64,000 nt of DNA from Oopsacas minuta (Eukaryota; Animalia; Porifera): NCBI GenBank assembly GCA_024704765.1, contig JAKMXF010000329.1:186001-250000 (forward strand), read 5' to 3'. Positions 26,544-38,338 of this stretch are shown here, piece after piece; within the stretch, counting starts at the first letter, position 1; each line of letters starts with the position of its first letter. Both the position numbers and the translations under genes were made by a program. The notes below the pieces were generated by a model. That model ran no database searches and was not told the origin of the DNA. It worked only from the letters and a program-made list of their open reading frames with translations.

Positions 26544-27289
26544 TACATTATAAAGATATGATAGACATACTTAAATTTGTAGATCACATTCTTTTCTGGC
26601 CTTATCTAAGCACTGAGGTTTTACTAACTTATCACTGAGGTAATCCTTGCAACCAGGAATGTATTTTGTTATTGCACCTTTCTTTAAAGTGGCCTTTATC
26701 TTATGGGTTTTGTATATACTTCTATGTATAAATATGTCTATGTATCCAGGATGTTTTCAGGTTCAAAATGTTTTGCACACAGATATGTCTTGTTAAATGC
26801 ATCTGTACATAGCACATTTTTGAATTCATATTATGGTTGTTAAGAATTTCCACTTTATCTTATCCCTTGTACCATGAAAATTGTTCAGTGAAATGGCCTG
26901 TATGTAGTAGGCTATGATGAGAACGTTTGATTTGAAGAAATTCGTACATTTTACCGAGTTCGACTGTAGTACTAGATATATTTTACTTCCTTATATGTTT
27001 TTGTTAATCGTGGTTCAAGATTTACTATTTAAACTTTCCAACAAGCTTCAGTAACCTCCTTTGTGGCTATGCTCGCGAAAACTTCGTGTTCGCTGAAGTT
27101 ACCCTTCAGTGACCCGTTCAACGGATTCTTGCCTTATTACTGAAACCAAGTGCATTAATTTGGATTCCTCTGTGTATATTTGGCTAGATAGTTCTTTGTG
27201 GGTGTGTATAACTGCACATTCGACATTATTTCCATTACATTTACAGCTGATTTACATATTTTCAATATTTGAATATGGATAACATTGAA

Positions 27290-27560
27290 TACCAAAATAT
27301 CTACAATTTCTCTTGGAAAAACCATCCCTCCTGAGTTGATAAATCTAAGAAGCAGAATCTAATCGGCAAATTCAGTGTATACAGATTGGAGAAAATCAAC
27401 GTGATGTTAAACAGTGACTTCTAGTGGCCAGAACATATCAAACGAACTGTGTTTACGGCTAATCACAGTTTAAAAGTGTTATTGGTATACGCCCTTCAAA
27501 TTGATGTTTTGGAATGGAGTGCAAACTGTTTCCACTTCTTAATTGGTAACTGGAACCACA
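27290..27560 (+). pseudogene. LINE (CR1/L2-like) RT C-terminal fragment
   Basis: NVMLNSDF*WPEHIKRTVFTANHSLKVL resembles the LGV.L.SDL.W..HI..I..KAN..L motif. Confidence 0.45.
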
Positions 27561-28699
27561 TAAGAATCTCTACGAATATGACCAATCTGATGATAATTCC
27601 CTAAATGTGATTTTTTATTTTTACTGAACAGCTTCGCTTGATCGCACTCCGCGGCTTGCAACACTATGTGTTCTTATGTAATTCTGCACTTCGTGCTTCG
27701 AATTTCGCATCAAAACACAACTATTATTTACACATAAGTATATGAAAGTGCGAAATTCAGAATCAGCGTACTCACTTACCCTGAGCATTAGAGCAATACG
27801 CTCCTATTATGATTCAGGAGCGAAGTTGGAGCGCACACACTCGAATGCGCATCTGTTTAACCCCAATCTATTTGCAAAATTCATCGTTATTCTGCATAAA
27901 ATTCAATATTCTTGCTATAAATAGTGGAACCCCGTGACACCTTTGTATTTTCACAATTTTTGATAGGTTTGACGTTGAGATTTGGTAATTTCACGAATGT
28001 GCAATGGTTAAATTTCAATCTTGAAATCTAAAAATACAAATCTAATGTAAATCTGAAAGAATGAAAAGGAGAGCGATTGTAGCGCACTCCATTTTTCCTG
28101 GAGTAGGAGAGTAGCGGTGCAGAGTTGGAATCGGGTCTAGTTTTCAGAACCTGACCCGACCAGGACCACTCACTGTATATGGGTAATTTTTTGTGGAATC
28201 ATCCAATGATTTCACCAACCATCTTACATTGGGATGAAACTTTGCTCACTACAAATCTGTTAATAGAGTCTATAACTTCCTCAAAGTCATTTCATCTGAT
28301 GGTTTTCGAGAAGAAGGTGAAATTTCCGAAAATTTCCGAAAATTTCCCAAAAGATGCAAATCGAACATTTCGTATTAGGCCACTTTAATTCGATACATTG
28401 TTTCCATCACACGCCAGCATGAAATTTTGAGTCCGCAGCATCGGAATAATTTTGGCAAACAACAATTCAGAAATTTATTTATGTTTACCCAGACCCCTTG
28501 GTTTATAGAAAACCTCATCCATTTCTTTATTTTGTAAGTATGTCATATTTCATTTATGTTATAACTTTTCATCCGAAAATAATTCAAATTCCATATAAAA
28601 TATAAATATAATGAATAATGAACAGCACGCCCGAAGGCTATATGGATCCCTGTCTAGTGGTAAACTATTCATGAAATTTGAGTGGTCCTAGAAAAATAT

Positions 28700-29090
28700 T
28701 TGCGCGCTTCGCATGCTAGGTCGCTACGCAACAGCTTAGTGCCTAATGTTAGCTTAAGTATTTAACAGCAAATTTTCTTAGTACTTTGGCCGCAACATGA
28801 CGGAACCTAATCGATACTTAGTGACTCGTCTGCATGAAATAGAAAATTATGCTTTTTATATCCATGTGCCATCCAAATTCCATTTAATGGCCTTCAGCGC
28901 TAAACTGGGGATGATACTTGGCTTTATGATAGTAATTTGTGCAGTTGGTTCTCCGAGTATTTTGAAATTCTCAAAAATATATAAAATCTTGAAATTTTGA
29001 TTATCTGTACATTCATGATGGCATAATAATCCCATAATGAGTTAGCATTTAGCCAAAATCATGACGTCAGGACATTTGGCACATTGATGG
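28700..29090 (+). repeat. Dispersed repeat family (Helitron-like CTAG terminus); copies at ~33950-34340 (+), ~41790-41850 (-), ~9720-9790 (+)
   Basis: Shared GCTTCGCATGCTAGGTCGCT..ACAGCTTAGTGCCT. The 28.7 and 33.95 kb copies also share CTGTACA.TCATG.TGG and TGACGTCAGGACATTTGG blocks. Confidence 0.7.
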
Positions 29091-29094
29091 GTGT

Positions 29095-30345
29095 GACCAC
29101 CAACCTTGCCGAATGCCATCTTGCCGATTGCATTGACATAAGTTAATGTAATATAATGACTTATTATTGTGCTAGAAAGATAAATTGTTTGGAATTACTC
29201 GTAGAAACTCTAGACAAGGGATTGATCTATATTGATCTACTAGTTTTACTATTCCTCAATTGAGTTGAATGACTTTTTCTTTGGTTTAGCAAGCTCATGT
29301 CCGCTTTCCAATTTTTCTAAAGTTATTTCATTGTTACTTTGTTCGAGAATTATCTTGTGTATGAGCTTTGAGAACGAAGGGTGGGTAATGTTTACTCTGA
29401 GATCAAATGCTCTATGCCAACCTTCCACAGAATTTTTGTTCGTGGTAATACTCACTCGCTCTACTCTATCTCTGACATTCCACAGAGCAATTGGTATAAT
29501 AGCCTACGTCTTCTGCCATGATGTTCAATTCCTACACAAGTCTTCTCAAAATAAAGTAGGAACTCACTTAAATCTTCAATGAGCTCATTACTCAGTGAAC
29601 TTTCTTATTCTTCATAAATGGGAATAACTTCATTAGGTAGAAATGCTGGAGCCCTGAATTATTTCATACGAATTGAAAATTGCTCCTCATTCTGGTAAAG
29701 TTGTTGTAATCCTTGCGCTTGGATATGTCGCCAAATTCCTTCCCCGAAATGGAAGTAGCATCCTTGTAAATCTGTACTAGAAAAATTTGACGACAGCATT
29801 TATTGACGCTTTTCGTAATCAAGCATCGATTTAGTACAATTTTGAATTACTGAAGATGTAGCTTCTTCTGTTAGTGTAATTCTCATTTTAATTTCCCCTA
29901 TACTTCTGACAGTTTCCTGTGCGAGATTATCAGGAGTATGATTATAAATAGTAGGAGTTTTCTTGACGCTACTGTCTGACTTGTAAGTAGTTATACCGGC
30001 ATTACATAAGCCTATTTCAACCCAGCACCAACATATGAAATCGTTCGAATCTTTATCTTGATATACATATAGCCATTATTGAGCAATTTTTGCCTTCGAA
30101 ATTTCTGAAGTATATTCCATAATCGTTGTATTAAGGTTTGTATATACCAGATATTTCTAAGATATTTTGTTTAAAGTTTCATGAATGACAGCCCACTTTG
30201 TAGGTTTTGAATACATTAATATGCAATAACTATTGTTCAATTCGTGTATTCTCAAAACAATACCTAGTGTTACTCATAACAACAATTTATTGCTCCACGG
30301 GTTTGGATCAAAAATGGCTTCGGCAAAGTGGAATTCGGCCTGATG
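29095..30345 (-). mobile_element. MULE remnant with internally deleted transposase
   Basis: Termini share CC..TTGCCGAA.GCCAT. Minus-strand motifs EQFSIRMK..AFLP, FLLYFEKT.VG and N(S)VEGWHRAF..RVNITHPS..KLI are typical of the MULE C-terminus; upstream HNH-type motif (IYNHTPD). Confidence 0.8.
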
Positions 30346-31342
30346 ATCTAGCACCGATAATCCATTAGATCTCTACCATATAATAGTATAATAGTCGCAT
30401 ACAAAACACACCTATAACTAAGTTGACAGGAGGCGAACGAATATGTTGTATTCTCTATTTAAATATTGTAAATTATACTACGTTTACAAATGTGTTGGTA
30501 CGTGTTACTTTTATATTGCAGGTTCAACATCCAAAAGGAAATTAACAAATAATGGTTATGGTGATGTGTCAATGGGCTACTCGACAAATTTCAGTAGTTG
30601 AATCCAGCACTAGCCATTGTTGGGCAATATCATTCTCTTTGATCACAAATTCCAATATATTAAGAACTAATTCAGCTATTCCTTCGTACTCAGAGCATTA
30701 ACCGCTCCTCATTTATTGGAGTGTGTTCCCATCGCCTCCTTTTCACTATTTCAGTATACATAGATTTTGATTTTAAGTAATCAGGATTTAATTTAACCAT
30801 CATACATTCAGGAAATTCATTAATGTTCAACGTCAAACCATTTTAATAACTTGTGAATTATCCCAGGATCCACTTTTTATTTCAAGTATGCTGAACTTTA
30901 TGCAGAAAGACTAAAAATTTGTAATTTGTTTGCAATATAATAGGATTCGCTCTATTATGTTGCTCTTTCAAAAATTGAGAGCTGGTTCACCTTCCGCTCC
31001 TGAATCATGTATGGACCGCGTTCCTATAATGCTCTGTTCGTACGTATAGTACCAGTTTCTATTATATTTACATGCTTAAGTACTAGAAGTGGCACTATGG
31101 AAAATTGTTCAACATTTTTCCATTCTCAGTTCCATACACAGCTTGTATTTAGCAGATCATAATCTTACTTTTTAATCTTTAATATTTGTATAATAATCTT
31201 ATCCCTGCCTCCCACTTTTTGGAGGAGTCCAATCATTTTTGGTAAATACCTTTTATAGTATAGTATATGATCAACCCATTATTTTTAGCGTTTGATTTAA
31301 ATTTGTGGACTACTTTTCTCAATTACAATTTTGAAATACGAT

Positions 31343-32677
31343 ATGTCATTGCCATATTTAGATCCTGACGTTTCGGTTCATTATAGATGTGGATGTGCGG
31401 AATATTCTAACATCAATTTCCTCTATTATTGTCAATTATGTCAAAGGTTTAATTGTAGTTATTGTGTTAATCATCAAATTGATCAATATTATTGTCGTAA
31501 TTGTATGGAAACTATGGTCTGGACCGATGTTAGAAAACTTCATTATTTATGTAGAAATTGTTATGAATGTCCCCGATGTCATCACGTATTAAATACTGTG
31601 ACTATATCCCCAAATAGCCGCGATTCAATCTCTCAGAGTAATGTTTACTATTCTATGATTTGTCTCCACTGTCGTTGGTCTACGAGGGAAGCAGGTTTTC
31701 CTGACTGTTCTCTCGTAACGGATTTTTTATATACAAATGAAACCTTAACTATCTATACTCAATCTTTGATCGATAAATTTAGGCAAAGAATTGTTGTTGA
31801 AACTAGCGATTTTGTTTTAGACACTACCATTGTTCCTTCGAGTAGAAATTATGTAGATCTTTTAACAAAGAAATATCGTTTAAATCCTATATATAGTGGC
31901 AAATTTAATACTCGCTCTCATCTTCAAATGAACACATTGAAAGACAGCAATCATAATTTTCATGGTGATGAACTATCGCTGAAGGTTATTCAATTCCCTG
32001 ATGGTATACACGAAAATTTTTATTCCCAATGCTTTAATTCCTCTGAGACTACCTCGCTCGAACAGAGAATTTGCCAACCTCTCATGCAACCTCGTAAAAC
32101 CCTTGGGATGCATCCGCAGCGCTTGAAGATTTCTTCTAAACAGTTCAAGCGATGCCGTTATTGTCAACATATTCTTTGCAGACCCGATTTGAATGTTTCA
32201 TCTATCCGGTTTAAGATTTTACACTCTGCTACTTTACTTGTTCCAGTACTAAATGTGTTGTCATTTCCCTTTAGTGTATCTCAAGGCTGTTTTCGCCTAC
32301 CCTTATTGATATCCAATCCAACACTTGATCCCTTAACCATACAAATACACCCTAATAATTATTTGTCTTCAATAGCCTATGTAGTTCCTAGAGACTATAT
32401 TGAACTTTCTGGTAAAGAGGAAGACCATAGTTTTGAATATTTGGATAATCGGAACGAAAGGCTCAGTGGACTATTGTACTCTTCAAATGGACCTAGTGTA
32501 AGATTATTTTTTGAGATATCTTCTGTTGATGCCCATATTGCTAGCATATATTTTTCTATTGATTGCATTACGAAAAAGCAAAATGTTGTTCCTACTTCAG
32601 TATCTGATCTTCCGACAGGATGTATTACTCATTATTTACGAATTTGTTTACAATATCCTTACCAACCAACGAGTTAA
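31343..32677 (+). CDS. DCTN4: Dynactin subunit 4 (p62), single exon, 444 aa
   Basis: Cys-rich N-terminus LYYCQLC..CVNHQIDQYYCRNCME..CRNCYECPRCHHVL, CLHCRWSTRE, TSLEQR..QP, KRCRYCQHILCRPD..SIRFKI. First ATG at 31343 (track start is TTG). Confidence 0.95.
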   Translation: MSLPYLDPDVSVHYRCGCAEYSNINFLYYCQLCQRFNCSYCVNHQIDQYYCRNCMETMVWTDVRKLHYLCRNCYECPRCHHVLNTVTISPNSRDSISQSNVYYSMICLHCRWSTREAGFPDCSLVTDFLYTNETLTIYTQSLIDKFRQRIVVETSDFVLDTTIVPSSRNYVDLLTKKYRLNPIYSGKFNTRSHLQMNTLKDSNHNFHGDELSLKVIQFPDGIHENFYSQCFNSSETTSLEQRICQPLMQPRKTLGMHPQRLKISSKQFKRCRYCQHILCRPDLNVSSIRFKILHSATLLVPVLNVLSFPFSVSQGCFRLPLLISNPTLDPLTIQIHPNNYLSSIAYVVPRDYIELSGKEEDHSFEYLDNRNERLSGLLYSSNGPSVRLFFEISSVDAHIASIYFSIDCITKKQNVVPTSVSDLPTGCITHYLRICLQYPYQPTS

Positions 32678-33221
32678 TTCATTTCACACTCTTACCCCCA
32701 GTATACAGTAGTATCCAACACAGTTTTTTCAATTTTGTGTGACTTTGCTGTTTCCATTATTTTATTTGGCTGTCCTATGTGGGAAAATGACTTACTCACA
32801 GACTCTCTGGAATATTGTTACATAATATACTATAAAAGGTTCATCAAAATGCCTGCGATGCAAACTAAGCAAACCTCAAGTGCCAGACCTGGGAAATTCT
32901 GTGCTTTCCAATTCTACTTATAATATTTTCTAGGCGTACCGTTTCGCTTGTAAGCAAATTCTGAGCGTGCTAAATAATCTTCGTCGTTCGACATGTCCTA
33001 AGCATGCTACTAACTTTTGGCCATAAGTTAAATCTACTAATTTCAACACTATACCGAAAACTTCAAGAAGATACATATGGTAACATTTCTGTATTCAGTG
33101 ACACTTTTCGCCTAGGAACTTTTTAGTCCGTCACAAACCACTGATTCTGACCTAAGTTGACTAAATCATGAATAATTCAAAGAATTACTGAAAATTAAAT
33201 TAGATAATCCAAATAAATATA

Positions 33222-33399
33222 CAGTGAAACCTCGTTAATACGAACACAATAATACAAATTTCTGGTTAAGACGAACAGAATTTACACAATTTAGTTCGTA
33301 CAATTGTTATTCAATTGTTTTACTACGGTTAATAAGTACTCGGGATAAGGAGTATAAATCTCGAGGATCTTTGGTGTACGTATTAACGAGGTTCCACTG
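33222..33399. mobile_element. Tigger/pogo-type MITE, 178 bp
   Basis: TIRs CAGTGAAACCTCGTTAATACG / CAGTGGAACCTCGTTAATACG, TA on both sides. Confidence 0.9.
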
Positions 33400-33949
33400 T
33401 ATTTTCATTTTTTTCTAACTGAAATATCCGGTAGATGATTAGTTTAAGCATCTATTTGTAAGCCGTTTTAACTAATCTATCTTATAGTGATGGAAATTTT
33501 GAGTAATTCATGTTGTGAAAACCTCGAATCTTTGGACTAAAGATATTTAAGTGTACTGAAATATTATTTTTGGAATTGTTTCTTATTTCTCAAATAGTGC
33601 ATATATGCCTGAGTAAGTGCACTACACATACTTTTGTATTGTCTTATGTCTCCAAACTATGCAAAGAGAAGTTTACATTATTTGGGAATTCGTTTATTAT
33701 TAAGCAGTATTTGGAGAAATGATTGATCTTTTTTTGAAATGTAGATCGTCCAATACCACATCTTTAATTTCAAAGTGAAAATTTACATGAACGAGAGATG
33801 TTTAGGTAAAACATCAAATTTATCTGATAAAGTTTTACATTCTTCAGTTACAGTAGTGATCATGGATGGCAATAATCCGTTTATAAGATGATTTAACAAA
33901 ACTCAATATTACCGATTTATAGTTATGCCCGAGTTCATTAGTCTATTAT

Positions 33950-34340
33950 ACTAGCGTGCTTTGCATGCTAGGTCGCTGAACGACATCTTTGTGCCTTCGA
34001 TTTAGCTTCTTTATGAAACAGCGAAAGTTTTCTGTGCTTTTGTTCGCTACACGATGGGATATACAAAACACTACCTGACTGGAGGTTAAATTTTAGCGAA
34101 AATTTTAAGAATTTATTATTCATGGTGGATACAAATTACAATAAAAGTCTTTCTGTTATGACTCTAGTGATGGGATTCAGCTGGAGCTAATTTTATTCTG
34201 CACTTCATGCCTCGTGCATTAGAAAATTCATAAAATATTCGAAGTATATGGAATTCGAATTTTCTGTACACTCATGGTGGGGTAATGTTCTGATGATTTA
34301 GCATTTGGTAACATTGATGACGTCAGGACATTTGGGATCT
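33950..34340 (+). repeat. Copy of the 28700-29090 repeat family
   Basis: CTAGCGTGCTTTGCATGCTAGGTCGCT start and shared downstream blocks. Confidence 0.7.
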
Positions 34341-34853
34341 TGTGGGATATCTTTGATTGAAAGTTCAAACATCTATCTTTTAAATTAGCTAAGAAGTGAC
34401 AATACGAAATTTGATTTTTGAAAATCCAAAAAGGTGATAAAACATCCTAATTCCGTCACAAGATGATTCTCGCCCAGGACTTGACTTTATCCGAGCCAAT
34501 CCCGAAATACCCCTGTATGTCAAAAATCAACCCTGGGGTCTTCCAGTTTCTTCATTCAATTCTGAAATACAAACATATTTTGTAATATTCTGCATTGTGC
34601 CATAGTCCTAGGAGATATCATATCAACATGTATCATATGGGTGTGGTGAATATGCTATATACTTTAAATTTGCAACAGTGAGTTTTGTTATATCATTGAG
34701 GATTTCTACTTATAAATGAGATTAACAAATAATGGCCATACATAGTCAAATTTTATAGTGTAGCCGTGGGAGCAAAAAAAAAGGCCTTCCCGTGAACCAA
34801 TTGTTATAGAAACATATTTGATGCTGTTGGGTGCAGAATTTTATCCTCTAAAA

Positions 34854-34979
34854 CATAGATTCTCAACCTTTTTTCTCCCGCAGACCTCTTTAGTCCATTT
34901 TCTGGAGTCCGCGGACTCACTGGCAATAAACATAACAAAAACAGTTTTTGGGTCTAGGACCCCAGTTTGAGAACCACTG
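34854..34979. mobile_element. hAT-Charlie MITE, 126 bp
   Basis: TIRs CATAGATTCTCAACCT / CAGTGGTTCTCAAACT; perfect 8-bp TSD CTCTAAAA (34846-34853, 34980-34987), fitting the Charlie NTCTARAN preference. Confidence 0.9.
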
Positions 34980-35499
34980 CTCTAAAACATATTCAAAATT
35001 CGAAAAATTTTCTTTTGAGAAATCCTTTTTGAGGAATTTTGTATAGTAATCAGATAGCTCTATAGATATTTACTTAGTAGATTCTTTGTTCTGATCCCAG
35101 AAAACCATAAGAATTATTAAGTGCTGGTCTCAGTTTGAAACCCGGATGAATAAAGGCAAAAAGGACCAAAAGGAAATTTTAGGACAAAAATAGGACACCA
35201 GAGAATAATGGAGATGCAGAAATAAAATCGGAATACCACACCGTGGTTTAAAACGGCAATTGACAGAGAATAGGCACTTAGGTGTGCGGTAGCGATATAT
35301 AATGTATTGAGCATCTATAAGTAACCAAACATCATGCATCTATTGGTCCAGCTAATTTTTGTTATGGCTTCATTTTCACAAATTATGACGTCATGTAAAT
35401 TTTTCCAAAATCTAATTTTAATTTATTCATGCCATTTTTATTCATTTTAACTAATCAGTTATGTTCCCACCAATTATTGAATTTATAAGACTGTGAATC

Positions 35500-36040
35500 T
35501 CAGAATTATATTGTATTTCTGCCTTGCACCTTTTCGTTCTCCTTGTGCGACCAGATTCACCCCATCTTTCGCTCACTAAATTTTTTCCATAAATGAGCAT
35601 TCCTGGATTCTCTCTGATGCAAGTCTCACGAAAATGTCTCTAACAATTGCTTGAAACTGTTTAACGCGATAAACATTGCCTATACCTTTTGACTATATTG
35701 TTGCATGACTCTACACCTTCATTAGATACACATTTCAGCCCACACCCAGAATTACATTCGCCTATCAATTCTTCTGCATGAGGCAGAAGTTTATGAAGTG
35801 TTGGAGTAATGCTGGCCCATTGGAACGTGTCCGGAATGAAAATATAGGTTTCCCAGCACAGCGATCTGAGTTTTTCTGTATTTATTTAGTGCATTTCTAT
35901 GCTGCTGGTCATCGACTACAATTAAAACTGTGTCAATGAATTTGGATTCATTTAAGAATACTTGTCTTGCAACATTCCCCTTTTTTCCTTGGTCTAGTTT
36001 CAAGACTTCCAATACTCCATTAACATGCTCTGCAATCATA
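35500..36040 (-). pseudogene. Transib/RAG1-like transposase C-terminal fragment
   Basis: Across frameshifts: GNVARQVFLNE, WASITPTLHKLLPHAEELI, SNEGVESCNNIVKRYRQCLSR, RDIFVRL. These parallel RAG1 ITNYFHKTLAH..SEGNESGNKLFRRFR and Transib PTVHK.L.H..LSEEA.EARNK..R motifs. Confidence 0.75.
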
Positions 36041-36129
36041 ATTATGTTTTCTCAAGATGAAACCTGAAACAAGACGTGTTTTCGGGTGTGGTATTTTGGA
36101 TTCAGCTATGAAGTTCTGTTGTTGTTGAG

Positions 36130-38338
36130 CAGGGGTCTTCAACCTGCGGCTCGCGGGATAATTCTTGTTTTTTGTTTATTTTGTCTTCACTTTGTTAATT
36201 TTGGAATTTGTTGTATTTTATTCAACAGAAATTGTGAATACACTTAAGTATTAGCACTTTCTTGTTTCTCATTTCTGGAAACCTTGATGGTGTTTAAAGT
36301 GTATAGAAGACCTTTGTTGTCTTCAGTAATTAATTTAAGCCTTCTGTCAATATACAATTTCATTTTGAGATTTCGAATACTCTCCAAATACACATTTTTT
36401 ATAATTCATTAATTATTTACGTATCCACTATGGCTACTTCTACCTCGAAAAAGCAGAAGATACAAGAAGAAAATCGGTCATTCAAGATAGAATGGGAAAT
36501 AAAGTATTCTTTCGTGGAGCACAGTGGCAAGTTCATTTGCCTAATATACCGTGAAACAATAGCTTCCGCTTAGAAAGGATACTTTGAAAGGCATTACAAT
36601 ACCAAACACCAATCAAATTTTGTGGGAATTCTTGGGGAATCACGAAAGACTAAACTAGACAATCTTAAAAGAAACTTGAAGAGTGAACTATCAATCTTTT
36701 CTAAAATGATATTTCGGTTAAGTCGATCACAGCAGTTAGCTTTGCTATAAGGAATATATTCGGAAACGTATGAAACCATTTACGGATGGTGAATTTATAA
36801 AGGAATGCCTAAATGAATTCGCTGATCAATGTTGTCCAGACAAAAACCAACTAATCCAGCAAGTCTCCTTGAGCGCTACGACAGTAATGTGTCGAGTGGA
36901 AACAATTTCAAATAATATTCATACACCTATTGGAAAAGACAAGTTGTTTTAGTTTCTGTAGCTTGGCACTTGATGGAAGTAAAGATATTTCTGATGTTGA
37001 GCAATTGGCAATCTGGATAAGGGGCGTTGATGAAAACTTCAACATTATCGAGGAATTACTCTCTCTGCGTTCTATGCATGGAAGAACTCGTGGCATTGAT
37101 ATTTTCGAAGAGTTTCTTAAGACTGTGTCGGGAAACAATATTCCTGCCTTAAAGTTATCTGGCATTTCACAGATGGAGCTCCATCAATACTTGGTACAGG
37201 TACATGGTTTAATGGTCAAGTTCTACGATGGTTGACAGAAATATCATGGTGTCACTCTATTATTCATCAAGAGGTCCTATGTGCGAAAACACTTGGACTG
37301 GAAAATGTTATGAAGTTGATAGTAGACGTTGTAAATTTTATCAGATCTAAAGGAGTGAATCATAGAGAATTTAAAGAATTTTTGAAAGATCTCGATTCAG
37401 ATTACGGAGATGTACTATATTTTACAAGTGTTAGGTGGCTGAGTAGAGGAGTAGTTCTTAAAAGAGTTTGGGAATTACGAGATGAAATATCAAGTTTCTT
37501 AGCCTCAAAGGACAACAAAGTTCCTGAATTCGAAGATACAAATTGGATTAGCGACTTTGCCTTCCTTGTAGATATGACTACACACCTAAATATTCTAAAT
37601 TCCACACTTCAAGGAAAGAACAAGTTGATTCATGAACTTTATGCCACAATTCGAAGTTTTGAGATGAAATTCGCTCTATTTAAGTTACAGCTGAAAAATA
37701 ACAATTTTTCTCACTTTCCAACACTAAATTCACAAGTAGTGCCAATGGAAACTAATAAGCTGAAATTATTTCAAATTTCCAAGCAAACTTTGATACTCGA
37801 TTTGGAGATTTTAAAATCAACAACAAAGCTTCGGGATTTTGCACAGCATTTCAGTTTGATCCGCAATATGCTCCACAGGAGCTTCACCTTGAACTCGTAG
37901 ACCTGCAGTCTAGCATAGATCTCAAGGCAGACTTCAAGGATGTTGGAGTAATTAGTTTCTTTAAAACCCTTCCTTCAGATATCTATCCTGCAATTTTAAA
38001 ACACGCAAGAAGGATAGCTAGTTTATTTGGAAGCACTTACACTTGCGAGGCATTTGTCTCTAAAATGAAATATATCAAGAACTAATTTGACTGATGACCA
38101 CCTCCAAGACGTTCTTCGTATTTCATCGACTGATATGAAACATAATATAGATGGCATCTTAATACAACAACAAACACAGTACCAACCTTCACATTAATAT
38201 TTTAATATGATAAATTACTCATAACAATACAGTACTATATTAAAATATAGATTACAAGATCCTTAACTTTCAATGTGGCTCGCCAATCTAATACGAAACT
38301 AATATTTGGCTCTTAGAAGAAAAGGTTGAAGACCCCTG
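36130..38338 (+). mobile_element. hAT-Charlie (GTF2IRD2/SPIN-like) transposon, 2209 bp; transposase pseudogene 36430-38197
   Basis: TIRs CAGGGGTCTTCAACCT at both ends; TSD TTGTTGAG/TTGTTGGG. Motifs ENRSFKIEWE..Y, KPFTDGEFIKECL, SLALDGSKDISDVEQLAIWIRGV, HSIIHQEVLC, VRWLSRG, FGSTYTCE; several stops and frameshifts. Confidence 0.95.

Larger units (their letters stand above)
20160..26916 (-). mobile_element. Internally deleted THAP-domain (probably P-superfamily) element hosting nested Tc1/mariners
   Basis: Perfect 19-bp inverted repeat ATAGCCTACTACATACAGG at 20161-20179 and 26897-26915. THAP remnant on minus strand ~26620-26880 (TYLCAKHFEPE..LKKGAITKYIPGCKDYLS); decayed coding continues at ~20450-21400. 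About 1.65 kb once inserts are removed. No TSD recognised. Confidence 0.6.

Noticed and set aside
28316-28350. Short tandem GAAAATTTCC repeats as a CRISPR-like array
   Set aside because: About three adjacent 10-bp units with no unique spacers and no cas genes, in a eukaryotic context.
31331-31342. TTG start for DCTN4
   Set aside because: The gene is eukaryotic, and the in-frame ATG at 31343 matches the expected N-terminus length.
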